Below, in pieces: positions 20,723 through 30,198 of a stretch of DNA of 64,000 nucleotides; positions within the stretch are counted from its first letter, which is position 1; each line of letters opens with the position of its first letter. Location of the stretch: positions 1-64,000 of the IMG/VR virus record IMGVR_UViG_3300042453_005424. One strand, 5' to 3'. A program made the translations under genes and the position numbers. This stretch comes from a virus. The notes under the pieces were generated by a model. It was not told the origin of the DNA. It was given only the letters and a program-made list of their open reading frames with translations, and did no database searches.

Positions 20723-21151
20723 TTATGCAGATAACTGAAGGAACTCGATGGTTACATTATCCATAACAGTCAAGCCTTCTGCTTCTGCTTGTACTTGGAA
20801 TTGTGTTACTATACAACCTGTAGCGGTGAGTGTTGTAGAAGCTCCGCCGCCGCAGCCGCCAGCCATAGCAAATGTGAGAGTTCCCGGCTCGCACGCTTTC
20901 CATCCAGGGCTACTGAACAGCTCGCTAGAATTTGTCGTAAGCAATCTAGCTATAGTTATTTGCCCGACAGGCATAGTGGCCCATATGGCTGCGACTCTAT
21001 TTCCAATAGTACGTCTGCGATTTATTTGCTGCGCGTAGTTAATACTGATCTGGACAGCTCCTGTTACAATTCCACCCCAGTTAATGGTGCATTTATCTGC
21101 TGTGATTGGTGTTGCGATGTCTTGATCTTTATATCCAAATAGGTCGGCCAT
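20723..21151 (-). CDS. Tail tube protein
   Basis: 142 aa, beta-rich, downstream of the sheath, with its own promoter and terminator; QISINYAQQINRRRTIG and LTATGCIVTQF..Q patterns. Confidence 0.8.
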   Translation of the reverse strand: MADLFGYKDQDIATPITADKCTINWGGIVTGAVQISINYAQQINRRRTIGNRVAAIWATMPVGQITIARLLTTNSSELFSSPGWKACEPGTLTFAMAGGCGGGASTTLTATGCIVTQFQVQAEAEGLTVMDNVTIEFLQLSA

Positions 21152-21180
21152 ATATTTATTCTAGTTAAGGTTATGTATAT

Positions 21181-21209
21181 AGTTTATGAAATTTTCTCTA
21201 CCCTTGCAA
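21181..21209 (-). promoter_or_regulatory. Sigma70-type promoter for the tube gene
   Basis: TTGCAA-17 nt-TAAACT. Confidence 0.6.
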
Positions 21210-21226
21210 GTTTATTTGTTGTTTAT

Positions 21227-21427
21227 TTAAAGTAATCCTAACGATTTTGCTATTTCATCAAAGCTAGCGTCTTCGCCTTTAGTATACCTTATCCAGCCTT
21301 GTCCTTCTCCAACTATTCTATATATTGTATTAGGCTTTCCGTCAGGAGAAAAAATTAAAACCCCTGTAGCTTTATCAGTATTTAATAATGCAGGTTCTCT
21401 AAAATCTCCAGTTACTATAACTTTCAT
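21227..21427 (-). CDS. Hypothetical protein
   Basis: 66 aa; start overlaps the upstream stop (TAATG). Confidence 0.55.
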   Translation of the reverse strand: MKVIVTGDFREPALLNTDKATGVLIFSPDGKPNTIYRIVGEGQGWIRYTKGEDASFDEIAKSLGLL

Positions 21428-21663
21428 TATAATCGAATTTTTTTCTTTGCTGCTCTCATTCTGTCATCTATAATTTCATGTTTTAACATATTGGCTAAAA
21501 TACCTACAGTAGTCGGGTCGTTTGTTTTTTCTGTAGGGAAAGTTTCGAATAACTTTCCAGCCTCGGAATGCTCCATGGCTCTTTTATATATATGGGCTGT
21601 CTGTTCGGTAGACAGCCCATATTCATTAGCGTAAGTTATGAACCCGGCTTCGAAAGCGGTCAT
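21427..21663 (-). CDS. Small protein carrying the recurrent FxxGF helix motif
   Basis: Begins MTAFEAGFITYANEYGL. Confidence 0.6.
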   Translation of the reverse strand: MTAFEAGFITYANEYGLSTEQTAHIYKRAMEHSEAGKLFETFPTEKTNDPTTVGILANMLKHEIIDDRMRAAKKKIRL

Positions 21664-21676
21664 ACTTTATGTCTCC

Positions 21677-24600
21677 TTAGACGATAAGCTTGAGGTTGAT
21701 GTAGTTCATCGGGTAAGGAACATTCAGTCTAACCTCTACATCAATTCTATCTTTATAGGTAGCATTTTGCTCAAGTCTTAAAATGTCATCTTTTGGAACA
21801 AAACTGACCAACTGGTTACCTGCTCTATATGTCCAGGTATTTGTCGCTCTAAAATTAAGCTGAGAGACAATAGCGGCGCGCACAACAACCAAGTTTTCTG
21901 GGTTGATGTTGAATCTGCCGATAAAAGGCTCAAGTGTAGCCTTCAGAGCATAACTGATCGAGTCTACGTTGGTAGTGATTGAATCTTCTGAAGTATTCAA
22001 ACTACGTTCATCAGTCGTCAACTGGTGGCGAACATAAGGCGTAGCCCCGACCACTTCTTGCGTGATCAGCCATATACCTTGCTCAGCCATCACGTTCAGC
22101 TCATCTTGAGTAAATTCAAGAACAACTTTGGATAAATCATCAGCTCCGAGATATTCTGTGTTAGTTAACCCTTGATGGGGCACAACACCAGACCTAAGCC
22201 CTGCAAGCCCTGCGGCTGCAAAATAACCCTGCTTGACGACGTTTCCGTACTTAAATGTGTCAGGGAAAACACAACGCACACGACGGTTATTGTATTCACC
22301 TCCGATAAGAGCAACATTATTGGCTCTTTCGGACCTTGTGTACATTCTAACTATTTGAACTTTGGTTAATGTACCTATCGCAGCCGGGAGCGGCTTGGTG
22401 ATAGTGAATGATGTTTGTGTGCGAACTGTATCGATAACAAATTCGTCATAAATCATCTTACCGTCAGGATTTAATCTAAAGTTCATGCGAAGACGATCGT
22501 TCGGGCGAATTCCGTCTTCTATGAAGGTTGCGTCGGGCACAGAAACAAGCTTGTATTGTATTCCTCCAACTGCGGGGTCATCTCCTACAGTAGCTTGATA
22601 CGGAGAACCATCTTCTTTCAAGTCATAAAGAACTTTAGAAGCCTCGTCTTTTACAGAAAGCCATGCAATTCTCCAGCGGCCTACCTCCGGAGTACTGTAG
22701 GCATTAACGTGCGAAACAACAGCGTCCTGGATAGGTCTATCGAATGTCATAGGAACAAAGCTATAAACTTTGTTGCTTTTTTCAGAGATCTTGATTGCCT
22801 TAGTGTAGCCGTTCAGGTCATTCGACTCAACACCGATAAAGTAAACCAGCATGTTGCTCGCATTCAAAACAGCGTCGTATACACCCTGGGCAAGCGGGTT
22901 GTCTGGGTGTACTGTGCCAAGCTTTGTGGTAACTTCTGCAAGGCTGCGAACCGAGTCGATAGCGTTTACATTATCTTGTAACAAATCTCGGTGCTCTACA
23001 AATAAGCTGGCTTTTGCTACAGGTAACCGAACCGGCGTACCAGCGTCTGTAAGCCTGTTATCATAGCTGGTAATTCCTCCGTTAATCGTTATATAGTTGT
23101 TATCAAGAACCCAGTTGGATGTCATCGTGACTAGATCTCGTGTAGCTGGAATCTGGATAGATTTCTGTACCACGAAAAGCTTGACTGTGTGCGACGTAGC
23201 GATAGACACCATCGCGTCAGGCATATCAGCAGAAAAGTCTACAACTCTTACACGACCCAGCTTTTCAGCCGTAACAGGAATGTAGTATGTGTCACCTGCG
23301 ATTAAACCCCCGTTGTTAGACCCTGCAGCGAATTTACCGGTTACACCAAAACTTCCAACATTGAATGCAGTGTTAAGCTGCGGGAGAACCGCAGAAGAAG
23401 TATCGATATCTGACGCAGTAATAACAATTCTTGCACATGTTTCAAAATTACCTGCCACAGGATCATAAAAAGCTCCACCTCTTTCGACTGTGAGCTTATA
23501 ATACATATCAGAAGGCCCTGTGTAGCCTCTAAGAGGATCAGCAGCAGCAGCTACAGGGTTAACCTGGGTAACTGCAGCTGTAACCTCAAGAGTCCACTTT
23601 GTACCTAAAGTAAAATTAGTGGTTCCTGTGAAATCTAACTTTACATTATTCAGGTTAAAATTATCTATGATAAGTTCGTCCGCCGCGTCGAGAGAAAGGT
23701 TGGTTCTTTCGATAAAAGCAAGGCTTTCGGACGAAACATTGAACCTTGCGTCAGCCAAATTTCCGCCAACTATAACTTCAATAGTATACTTGTCTGCTAA
23801 AATATTTCTACTGTTATAGCCTACATAAGCTGTAGAGGAGTTAGCCACAGTGACACCAGTAACGCTTCCTGTTCCTGGAACAAGCACAGGCGCGGCGCTA
23901 AAGCTTGCGGCCTGAGCAGCTGTATTATTAGCGTCATTGTATACCCCCTCAACAAAATAAGGGAGAGTTGTTCCTGTAGCTACACTCGCGTTCAAAACAA
24001 TGGCAGTATTGCTCAGACGAGCTAAAATTTTACGCACACCTCGCCCGCCGATAGTGATAAATTTTCCAACCATAGCCTCAGTGAATACCGCTGAAGCTGA
24101 TGTAAATGTAGTTGACCCGTTGGCTACACCATCGTTACCAGCCTCAAGTTCTCTACCGATTGTGGATGCCAGCGAAGCATCTTCTTTAGCTGTGTCTGCT
24201 CGAAGCGCTGTGATTTTACCCCGCACTGTGTTGCCGAGGTTATCGGTAACTTCTATGATATCGTTTAAAGAAACATCGCGACCACTAAAATAATTGGACC
24301 TGCTGTACCCATTGGCTGTTTTGAGCACCGCACTAGTAAAACGAATTTTATTTGTGTATTTCTGCCCTGTAGGTCCGCTTAAAAGAGCCACATCATCTGC
24401 GTGAGTGGCGTTAGACCCTAAATCAGGATTAGGAAAATATTGAGCTTCAACAGCTTCAGCATAAACTTTTGTATAATCCGGGTCCACAAGACCTCCTGCA
24501 GGAACATTAGGCACGTCGTAAGTTGTATCTACGTCAGGAAGATAACTATTTCCTGTAGCTAAATACGCACCATTATATGTTTTTGGTGCAGTGAAAGGCT

Positions 24601-24730
24601 TTTCTGAAGCTTCACTATAACGAGTTAATGAAAACTGAGGCCCAAGAATAAACGCGGGAAGCGGAAACTCTCTGAATACCGGTAGTTGAGTGAACTCTTG
24701 CTGAATTAAGACTCTTGGTGTGATGTACAT
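21677..24730 (-). CDS. Contractile tail sheath protein with a large inserted domain
   Basis: 1017 aa; N-terminal YITPRVLIQQEF; C-terminal sheath motifs FTQDELNVMAEQGIWLI...VRHQLTT and DRIDVEVRLNVPYPMNYINLKLIV; AGGAGA SD. Confidence 0.9.
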   Translation of the reverse strand: MYITPRVLIQQEFTQLPVFREFPLPAFILGPQFSLTRYSEASEKPFTAPKTYNGAYLATGNSYLPDVDTTYDVPNVPAGGLVDPDYTKVYAEAVEAQYFPNPDLGSNATHADDVALLSGPTGQKYTNKIRFTSAVLKTANGYSRSNYFSGRDVSLNDIIEVTDNLGNTVRGKITALRADTAKEDASLASTIGRELEAGNDGVANGSTTFTSASAVFTEAMVGKFITIGGRGVRKILARLSNTAIVLNASVATGTTLPYFVEGVYNDANNTAAQAASFSAAPVLVPGTGSVTGVTVANSSTAYVGYNSRNILADKYTIEVIVGGNLADARFNVSSESLAFIERTNLSLDAADELIIDNFNLNNVKLDFTGTTNFTLGTKWTLEVTAAVTQVNPVAAAADPLRGYTGPSDMYYKLTVERGGAFYDPVAGNFETCARIVITASDIDTSSAVLPQLNTAFNVGSFGVTGKFAAGSNNGGLIAGDTYYIPVTAEKLGRVRVVDFSADMPDAMVSIATSHTVKLFVVQKSIQIPATRDLVTMTSNWVLDNNYITINGGITSYDNRLTDAGTPVRLPVAKASLFVEHRDLLQDNVNAIDSVRSLAEVTTKLGTVHPDNPLAQGVYDAVLNASNMLVYFIGVESNDLNGYTKAIKISEKSNKVYSFVPMTFDRPIQDAVVSHVNAYSTPEVGRWRIAWLSVKDEASKVLYDLKEDGSPYQATVGDDPAVGGIQYKLVSVPDATFIEDGIRPNDRLRMNFRLNPDGKMIYDEFVIDTVRTQTSFTITKPLPAAIGTLTKVQIVRMYTRSERANNVALIGGEYNNRRVRCVFPDTFKYGNVVKQGYFAAAGLAGLRSGVVPHQGLTNTEYLGADDLSKVVLEFTQDELNVMAEQGIWLITQEVVGATPYVRHQLTTDERSLNTSEDSITTNVDSISYALKATLEPFIGRFNINPENLVVVRAAIVSQLNFRATNTWTYRAGNQLVSFVPKDDILRLEQNATYKDRIDVEVRLNVPYPMNYINLKLIV

Positions 24731-24770
24731 ATTATTTATTTCTCCTGAATGTATTTTTTATACTTAATTA

Positions 24771-24799
24771 ATTTTAGGTTAAATCGATTGCGTTTGCAA
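24771..24799 (-). promoter_or_regulatory. Sigma70-type promoter for the sheath gene
   Basis: TTGCAA-17 nt-TAAAAT. Confidence 0.65.
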
Positions 24800-24813
24800 C
24801 ACATAAATAAACT

Positions 24814-25512
24814 TTATTGCTGCTCCAACGGTTGCTCCGAGCAACTCGTAAAAACTGTATGTGTAATTGTTTTTATCTTCAAATGGTCACCCTTGATCAC
24901 TGTGCCTAGGTCAAATACTGCTTGTAAAGTAATATTAACAACAAAATGATCCTTGCTTTCTAAGTATAGCATAGGAGGATCTATAGTGAGTAGCTTAAAT
25001 TGGCGTAAACAAAAATCTTTTTTAATAATCTCCTGGTATCTAAAGAATATTTTGAAAACATACTCAGCCATTTGTTCTGCAAATCCAACGTTAGTGGCAA
25101 CCACAGATAAATTAACAGGCATGGTTATTATCGCGAATCGCGCCTTTTCTGATTCTTTCGCGTTAATACCTATTAATTGATTTATTGTCGGAAACGTATA
25201 CACTCCTTGCCCGCGTGAAACATATATCGCAGGTCGCTTTTGTATCACAGAATCTTTATAGTGATAAGCTATCTCAATAGCTATACCTGATTTAGTTTCA
25301 TCTAAATCATAAGTTTGAGAAAACACATACCCTTCTTTTTGTGGGGAGTTCTCGAGCATATAATTTTTCACTATCTCATAGCAAATATTTTGCACAGTCC
25401 ACGGGGTTAATACCATCACTCGTTTATCTGCCAAATATTTTTCACGCTCATCAATATTGAGATAAGCTATATCTGGCGATCCGCAGTATTGTTTATTTAA
25501 TGGGTCAGACAT
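24814..25512 (-). CDS. Tail terminator/completion protein
   Basis: 232 aa, just upstream of the sheath; QKRPAIYVSRG motif. Confidence 0.65.
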   Translation of the reverse strand: MSDPLNKQYCGSPDIAYLNIDEREKYLADKRVMVLTPWTVQNICYEIVKNYMLENSPQKEGYVFSQTYDLDETKSGIAIEIAYHYKDSVIQKRPAIYVSRGQGVYTFPTINQLIGINAKESEKARFAIITMPVNLSVVATNVGFAEQMAEYVFKIFFRYQEIIKKDFCLRQFKLLTIDPPMLYLESKDHFVVNITLQAVFDLGTVIKGDHLKIKTITHTVFTSCSEQPLEQQ

Positions 25513-25519
25513 AATTTTC

Positions 25520-26332
25520 TTACACTGTAGGTATAGGTATGGAATATATTGTGTCCGTGGGAGCTATTAAACGCAAAGTAACTTTCTGAATAACTGTTAT
25601 GCTAGTCCCTGGAAAAGATTTATATGCTTTCGACATAACACTATACCTAGAACCGTCGTCTGCATCGCACACAACGTCTCTAACTTCTAACATAGGAAAT
25701 CCCGGAAATTTTGCTAAAAAATCGAAAGTTTCTTTTACCCCTATTCCCTCTCTGTCTAATTGGCGATCTTGAGAGCTATTTTCAAAATAAAAAGCGCACG
25801 GAGCAGGATTAAAATATCCTCCATCCAATCCGACGCCATAATCTTCTTCTTTAGTGTCGGACAACGGTACACCAGAAACAGGATCCAAATTTTTAGCAAT
25901 TCTAGCCGGAGCTTTTCCGTAACTTTTCCGTTTCAACAACCAGCCTTTTTGCCCTGCATATCTGCAAGCCAGAAGCTCTTTCCGTATTATTTCTGCAGCC
26001 ATAGCATACTTGCGTAATTCTACTTTATGCGCCCCGAATGAAATTGCTTTAGAACAGTGCGTTTGACCATCTCCAGTGTATAAAATTACTCGGTAATAAT
26101 AACTCTGTCCCCATGACTGCTTCAAATTAAAATCGTCTATCGCATAAAATACATCACCTAAGTTATTCTTAACCGCGATCAATTCTGAAAAATCTGCAGT
26201 TTGTGATATTTCAAGCGAAAAATTATATGGGCGCTCCCCACGAAAAAATGGGTCCAATTCCCATTGTACCATGTGCCCATTAATATAATCAGGGATCATG
26301 GTGACTGTTTTGAATACTTTCTGAGCACTCAT
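25520..26332 (-). CDS. Neck/head-closure protein
   Basis: 270 aa between the adaptor and terminator genes; LLKRK..G, YGVGLDGGYFNP and FPMLEVRDVV patterns. Confidence 0.6.
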   Translation of the reverse strand: MSAQKVFKTVTMIPDYINGHMVQWELDPFFRGERPYNFSLEISQTADFSELIAVKNNLGDVFYAIDDFNLKQSWGQSYYYRVILYTGDGQTHCSKAISFGAHKVELRKYAMAAEIIRKELLACRYAGQKGWLLKRKSYGKAPARIAKNLDPVSGVPLSDTKEEDYGVGLDGGYFNPAPCAFYFENSSQDRQLDREGIGVKETFDFLAKFPGFPMLEVRDVVCDADDGSRYSVMSKAYKSFPGTSITVIQKVTLRLIAPTDTIYSIPIPTV

Positions 26333-26337
26333 TCGAA

Positions 26338-26565
26338 TTATTTACCTTTTAAAAATTTAGCTGCGCCCTCGGCAATAATAAAATTAGGTATAGCTACTTT
26401 GAGTGTTTTCATAGCTATGCTATATGCTCCGTCAGTAACTATTTTTTTTGCTTTGTTTTTAAATAATCTCCATCTGATATGCGATACTAATCTTTTATTG
26501 GATGGTGCGAGCTGAAGCGCCCGAATCATTCTATTGTAGTCATTTATTATAGGAGATTGTTCCAT
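26338..26565 (-). CDS. Hypothetical protein
   Basis: 75-aa basic ORF within the operon. Confidence 0.5.
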   Translation of the reverse strand: MEQSPIINDYNRMIRALQLAPSNKRLVSHIRWRLFKNKAKKIVTDGAYSIAMKTLKVAIPNFIIAEGAAKFLKGK

Positions 26566-26579
26566 GGAAATTATATAGC

Positions 26580-27026
26580 TTAAAACCTACGCCTATGTAT
26601 ATATTCAGAATGCACCGTCCCGTATATTTGAGCGATATTTTGGTTTATTTTGATTTGCTGACCTAATTCTTTAAAGTCTTCTTGTAAGCTTTGAGCTAGA
26701 GATGCGAATATCTGGGCTTTATCCTTGTCGTTTATCTGCACCCCGTCAGCAGCATAACTTAAGCTATTCGCCGCTTCGTTTATTGCCCCGGAGCGCAATA
26801 AATATGCCGCAGAGCCTAGCAATAAAAGAGAGCGAAATGGAAATGTCTCTACCGTATACATAAACCCTGAAGGCGGGTTCATTAAATTATAATAATCCAC
26901 AGTATTAATCATAGCTTGCTCGATCATTTCAGGCGTGAATCTAATCCCGAGCAACAAAGGATTCATCTCTTCACGGTCTTGTATAAAAAGACGTATTTCT
27001 TCGCTAGTTAATATTGGCGCAGCCAT
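26580..27026 (-). CDS. Head-tail adaptor/neck protein
   Basis: 148 aa, helical, downstream of the MCP; IRLFIQD and LSYAADGVQINDKDK patterns. Confidence 0.65.
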   Translation of the reverse strand: MAAPILTSEEIRLFIQDREEMNPLLLGIRFTPEMIEQAMINTVDYYNLMNPPSGFMYTVETFPFRSLLLLGSAAYLLRSGAINEAANSLSYAADGVQINDKDKAQIFASLAQSLQEDFKELGQQIKINQNIAQIYGTVHSEYIHRRRF

Positions 27027-27043
27027 AATATTTAAAATATAAA

Positions 27044-27322
27044 TTAAAGTTTTGTTGCTTTGATCGGTTTGGCTGGAGCGGGGGCAGAGGCTCCTGTTGT
27101 TGTAGCTGCAGTGCTTTTTCCTACAGTAGCATTGTTGCTAGGTTTAGGAAAATTTCCTTCTCTAGGGGCAGGAGCACCTGAAATAACAGGTGCTGTTTCG
27201 ATGTTAGATGGTGTTCCTCCTACACCACCTACATCTTTAGAAGGATAATTAGGCTGAATTACCATACTTGTTTTTTTCAAAAAAATATCAAATTCTTCGA
27301 GTATATTTTCCGATGTATCCAT
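27044..27322 (-). CDS. Small Pro/Ala/Thr-rich protein with an LKKTS site
   Basis: 92 aa; acidic leader, then K-x-S, then low-complexity sequence. Confidence 0.55.
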   Translation of the reverse strand: MDTSENILEEFDIFLKKTSMVIQPNYPSKDVGGVGGTPSNIETAPVISGAPAPREGNFPKPSNNATVGKSTAATTTGASAPAPAKPIKATKL

Positions 27323-27329
27323 AATTTAA

Positions 27330-27358
27330 ATTATATATCCAAAAGAAATTTATAGCAA
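27330..27358 (-). promoter_or_regulatory. Sigma70-type promoter for the neck operon
   Basis: TTGCTA-17 nt-TATAAT. Confidence 0.65.
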
Positions 27359-27378
27359 GAGGCATACTGCCTCTTTTT
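27357..27378 (+). terminator. Plus-strand (antisense-facing) terminator-like hairpin
   Basis: AAGAGGCA-TAC-TGCCTCTT followed by TTT. Confidence 0.5.
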
Positions 27379-27384
27379 AAATAG

Positions 27385-27409
27385 AAAAGGGGTCCGCACG
27401 GGACCCCTC
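27385..27409 (-). terminator. Intrinsic terminator after the major capsid gene
   Basis: On the minus strand: AGGGGTCC-CGTGC-GGACCCCT-TTT. Confidence 0.85.
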
Positions 27410-27443
27410 TCTATAACTTATCTTATCTTATCTTATTTTAACC

Positions 27444-28400
27444 TTAGACGAAGTCGATTCTGACCGCGCCCTTAACGTTACCGATAGCGAGCGAAAGGTT
27501 CATGTATTGGAAGTACTCCAAGAAGTATGCTTCGTTTTTCATGAACACAGTGAGCGGCTGTAAGCGATAATATTTACCAAAGAACTCTTCCGAAGAAAAG
27601 AGATAAATAGTTCCGTCAGGAACCAAGTCAGACTTGATTGTGTAGATGGGTTTCACGCCTAAGAGAGTCTTAGAAGGAAGGCCATTCACAAACATGTCTT
27701 GAGCAAGATCACCACCAACTTCAGAGCGACTCATCTTAACGAAGTCGTCTGCAGTAACAGTATTCATGAGCATAACACCCTTGGATTCTCCACCATCAGG
27801 CTGCGAAGGTCCAAAAGGAACGCGGAGGCGTTTGATCACTTTGAAGGCTTCTGCGACATTTTCACGAGTAATTCCGCCAGAAATGCTGCGGTATTGGGGA
27901 AGACCCATGCCGTTCAACGGGTTGACGGCGTCTCTCGTTCCGAGCACGCTATTAACACGCTCGATGAATCTAGAATCGATCTCAGCAGCAATATCCTTGG
28001 TGCTGATTTCGAGCATGATCGCACGAATGTCATAGTCGTAGCTACGAAGATGATCGATGTCCTTGTTGAACTTCGGGGATGTGATCCGTGTGAAGTAAGA
28101 AGGATAACGCGATCCGCTGAACTGATAAGCGTCCGGAACTACTCCGAGAGGAATAGTAACAGCAGGAGCTGTATCAGGCTCACGATCATTCCACTTAACC
28201 AAGAACTCGGGGTTTTCTGCCTTGTCGAGTTCGTCATTACTGATGTCGATAGGCGTCAGAATCTTTTCTGTGAAGCTCTCTTCACGAAGTTTATTACGAG
28301 TAAAAGATTGCGCTGAAACAGCGGCCTTTTTCTCTTCGCCGGCTCGAATCATTTCAACGAACGTGTCGTTGAATACTTTTTGATTTGCGATTTTTTCCAT
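27444..28400 (-). CDS. Major capsid protein (HK97 fold expected)
   Basis: 318 aa after the protease, scaffold and decoration genes; CAGGAGA SD, C-ending codon bias and a strong terminator; LREESFTEKIL and KDIAAEIDSRFI backbone-helix patterns. Confidence 0.85.
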   Translation of the reverse strand: MEKIANQKVFNDTFVEMIRAGEEKKAAVSAQSFTRNKLREESFTEKILTPIDISNDELDKAENPEFLVKWNDREPDTAPAVTIPLGVVPDAYQFSGSRYPSYFTRITSPKFNKDIDHLRSYDYDIRAIMLEISTKDIAAEIDSRFIERVNSVLGTRDAVNPLNGMGLPQYRSISGGITRENVAEAFKVIKRLRVPFGPSQPDGGESKGVMLMNTVTADDFVKMSRSEVGGDLAQDMFVNGLPSKTLLGVKPIYTIKSDLVPDGTIYLFSSEEFFGKYYRLQPLTVFMKNEAYFLEYFQYMNLSLAIGNVKGAVRIDFV

Positions 28401-28421
28401 AGTATTAATTCTCCTGATCTA

Positions 28422-28904
28422 TTAAGCGTTGAGTTTCACTGCGACAAATGTCACGGCGGCGCCGGCTGCTCCTCTGGGGAGTGTGCGGAAGCCTTCAACC
28501 CAGCCAACAACCTTACTTCCAGCATTTCCGCCGGTGGCTGCGATGGTGGTTAAGTTTCCGCTGTCGTTTGTAGTGAGCGGTGTGCCTATTGCTGCGGTGG
28601 CAACAGCTGTTTCATATTTGTCTGTTTCTACGACAGAAGCGCCATCAAGCCCGAAGACACCGATTCTTCCGGACTCAACTACATCTCCATCTGTTTGGTC
28701 GTTGATAGCGAAACCTAAGAGTACATTCCCAGGCACAGCTCCTGTACCAGAGTTAGCTCCTCTAGCGACTTCGACTAAGCTAGCGCCTGCGGCAGTGAAT
28801 ACACGTACCACATGGCCGGCTTCGATTGCATTTCCCGCGACAGGCTTACCAATAAAATTTGTTTGGCGAAGACTTAAAGCAGGACCTTTTTTGAAGTTAA
28901 TCAT
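28422..28904 (-). CDS. Capsid decoration/cement protein
   Basis: 160 aa, Gly/Ala/Val-rich beta protein directly upstream of the MCP; AAGGAGA SD. Confidence 0.7.
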   Translation of the reverse strand: MINFKKGPALSLRQTNFIGKPVAGNAIEAGHVVRVFTAAGASLVEVARGANSGTGAVPGNVLLGFAINDQTDGDVVESGRIGVFGLDGASVVETDKYETAVATAAIGTPLTTNDSGNLTTIAATGGNAGSKVVGWVEGFRTLPRGAAGAAVTFVAVKLNA

Positions 28905-29016
28905 ATTATTCTCCTTTAATTTTGTTTATTTGTTTTGGTTTTTTTGTTTTCTTCGCTTTTCACTCTGCTAACCGATCAAGGTCACATCAGCAATGTATTT
29001 GCAAAGCTATATTATT

Positions 29017-29045
29017 ATTATCTATAATTACTGATATTTAGTCAA
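29017..29045 (-). promoter_or_regulatory. Sigma70-type promoter for the decoration-MCP operon
   Basis: TTGACT-17 nt-GATAAT. Confidence 0.6.
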
Positions 29046-29080
29046 TTATTTTTTTTAGATAAATCTTTAGAAAATTTAAA

Positions 29081-29656
29081 TTATTTAGAAGCTGCGGCAG
29101 CTCCTTGAAACTCTTTCGGTATAGCTTCAGGATGTCCTGTAAACCAAGCTGTTTGGCGGTCCATTTCTTCTCGGCTAATTTTTGATGGATCACTGTATAT
29201 GCTCGCGGCGGCGGCCTGAGCTGGGGATAATTTCCCTTGAGCCACATTTTCTTTTAGTTCGATAAGTCTACTAATAAAATTTTCTTTTCTTATTTGTTTA
29301 AGTGCGGATTCGCGGCCCATACCTTTACCTAGACGGTAACCTGTATAACCTGGGACAAACATAAATTTTGCTCCTCTTCCTAATAACGAGGGGCGGTCTT
29401 CGATTACTCTGGTCAACAACTTCTTTTTGAACTCTTCTGGTGTGTCCGATACATCACGGAAATGGTTGGTTTTAGCTTTTTCCCTCAGATACCCTGCCCC
29501 CATACCCAAAGCAGAAGGAAGGCCGTAGTAGCCCATTTCCATAGCAGGCCCAAAAAAAGCTTTTTTTGTTAAGGAATCTATCTGAGCCTCCGGTAAACCG
29601 GACTCAGAAGCACGCTTTAAAAATCCTTCTATAAATTTTTGCTGCAACGTGCGCAT
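29081..29656 (-). CDS. Putative head-packaged membrane protein (FxxGF helix, KKA site, Gly-rich hydrophobic segment)
   Basis: KFIEGFLKRASESGL...TKKA followed by GYYGLPSALGMGAGYL. Confidence 0.6.
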   Translation of the reverse strand: MRTLQQKFIEGFLKRASESGLPEAQIDSLTKKAFFGPAMEMGYYGLPSALGMGAGYLREKAKTNHFRDVSDTPEEFKKKLLTRVIEDRPSLLGRGAKFMFVPGYTGYRLGKGMGRESALKQIRKENFISRLIELKENVAQGKLSPAQAAAASIYSDPSKISREEMDRQTAWFTGHPEAIPKEFQGAAAASK

Positions 29657-29662
29657 AAAAAA

Positions 29663-30055
29663 TTATTCGTCTAAAAGACTATAGTTTTGGTCATAACCGA
29701 ATGCTCGGCGCATCACAGGGTCTTCTGATGCTCCGGCCGATTTAACTGTGGCTACTTTACCCATATAAGCAACATCTGATGCAGTACAAACACGCTCAAC
29801 AATTTTAGCTAGATAACCGAGGTCTTCCTTGGCTTTTTTAAGGAACACTTCCTTCTCATCGCTATCAGTTATAAAATCAGAATTATATAGAGCATCAGCT
29901 GCTTTTTTCAAGGCAGCTTCGGTTTCTTGGTCTTTTTTAACTTTTTCAGCAGCTTCCTTTACTTGATAATCATGCAACTGATTTTTAAGCTCCTTGATTT
30001 CAGCTAAAGCCGATTTTACGAATTCTTCTATTTTGTTAGTTGCTTCGTTTGTCAT
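29663..30055 (-). CDS. Scaffold-like helical head protein
   Basis: 130 aa, coiled coil with six K-x-A sites. Confidence 0.6.
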   Translation of the reverse strand: MTNEATNKIEEFVKSALAEIKELKNQLHDYQVKEAAEKVKKDQETEAALKKAADALYNSDFITDSDEKEVFLKKAKEDLGYLAKIVERVCTASDVAYMGKVATVKSAGASEDPVMRRAFGYDQNYSLLDE

Positions 30056-30185
30056 TGTTTGCTTTATCTAGGTTTATCAAGCTGTCTATGTATTCTAAAA
30101 CTTTTTGCTTGTCTTGATCGTCTAAATAATTAAGCGCGTTTATCGCTTGCTGCTCGACAGATATTTCTGGCGATGTATCAGGCAT
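30036..30185 (-). CDS. Small hypothetical protein (49 aa, below the track cutoff)
   Basis: MPDTSPEISVEQQAINALNYLDDQDKQKVLEYIDSLINLDKANNDKRSN fills the gap between the scaffold-like genes. Confidence 0.55.
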   Translation of the reverse strand: MPDTSPEISVEQQAINALNYLDDQDKQKVLEYIDSLINLDKANNDKRSN

Positions 30186-30198
30186 TATAAGCTGTTAG

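Noticed and set aside
7890-24730. Bacterial T6SS, eCIS or tailocin locus
   Set aside because: Capsid, protease, scaffold and neck genes are contiguous with the tail genes, which indicates a phage.
27699-28971. Long plus-strand ORFs (205 aa and 180 aa) opposite the MCP and decoration genes
   Set aside because: They are antisense shadows of strongly codon-biased genes, with no RBS or recognisable motifs.
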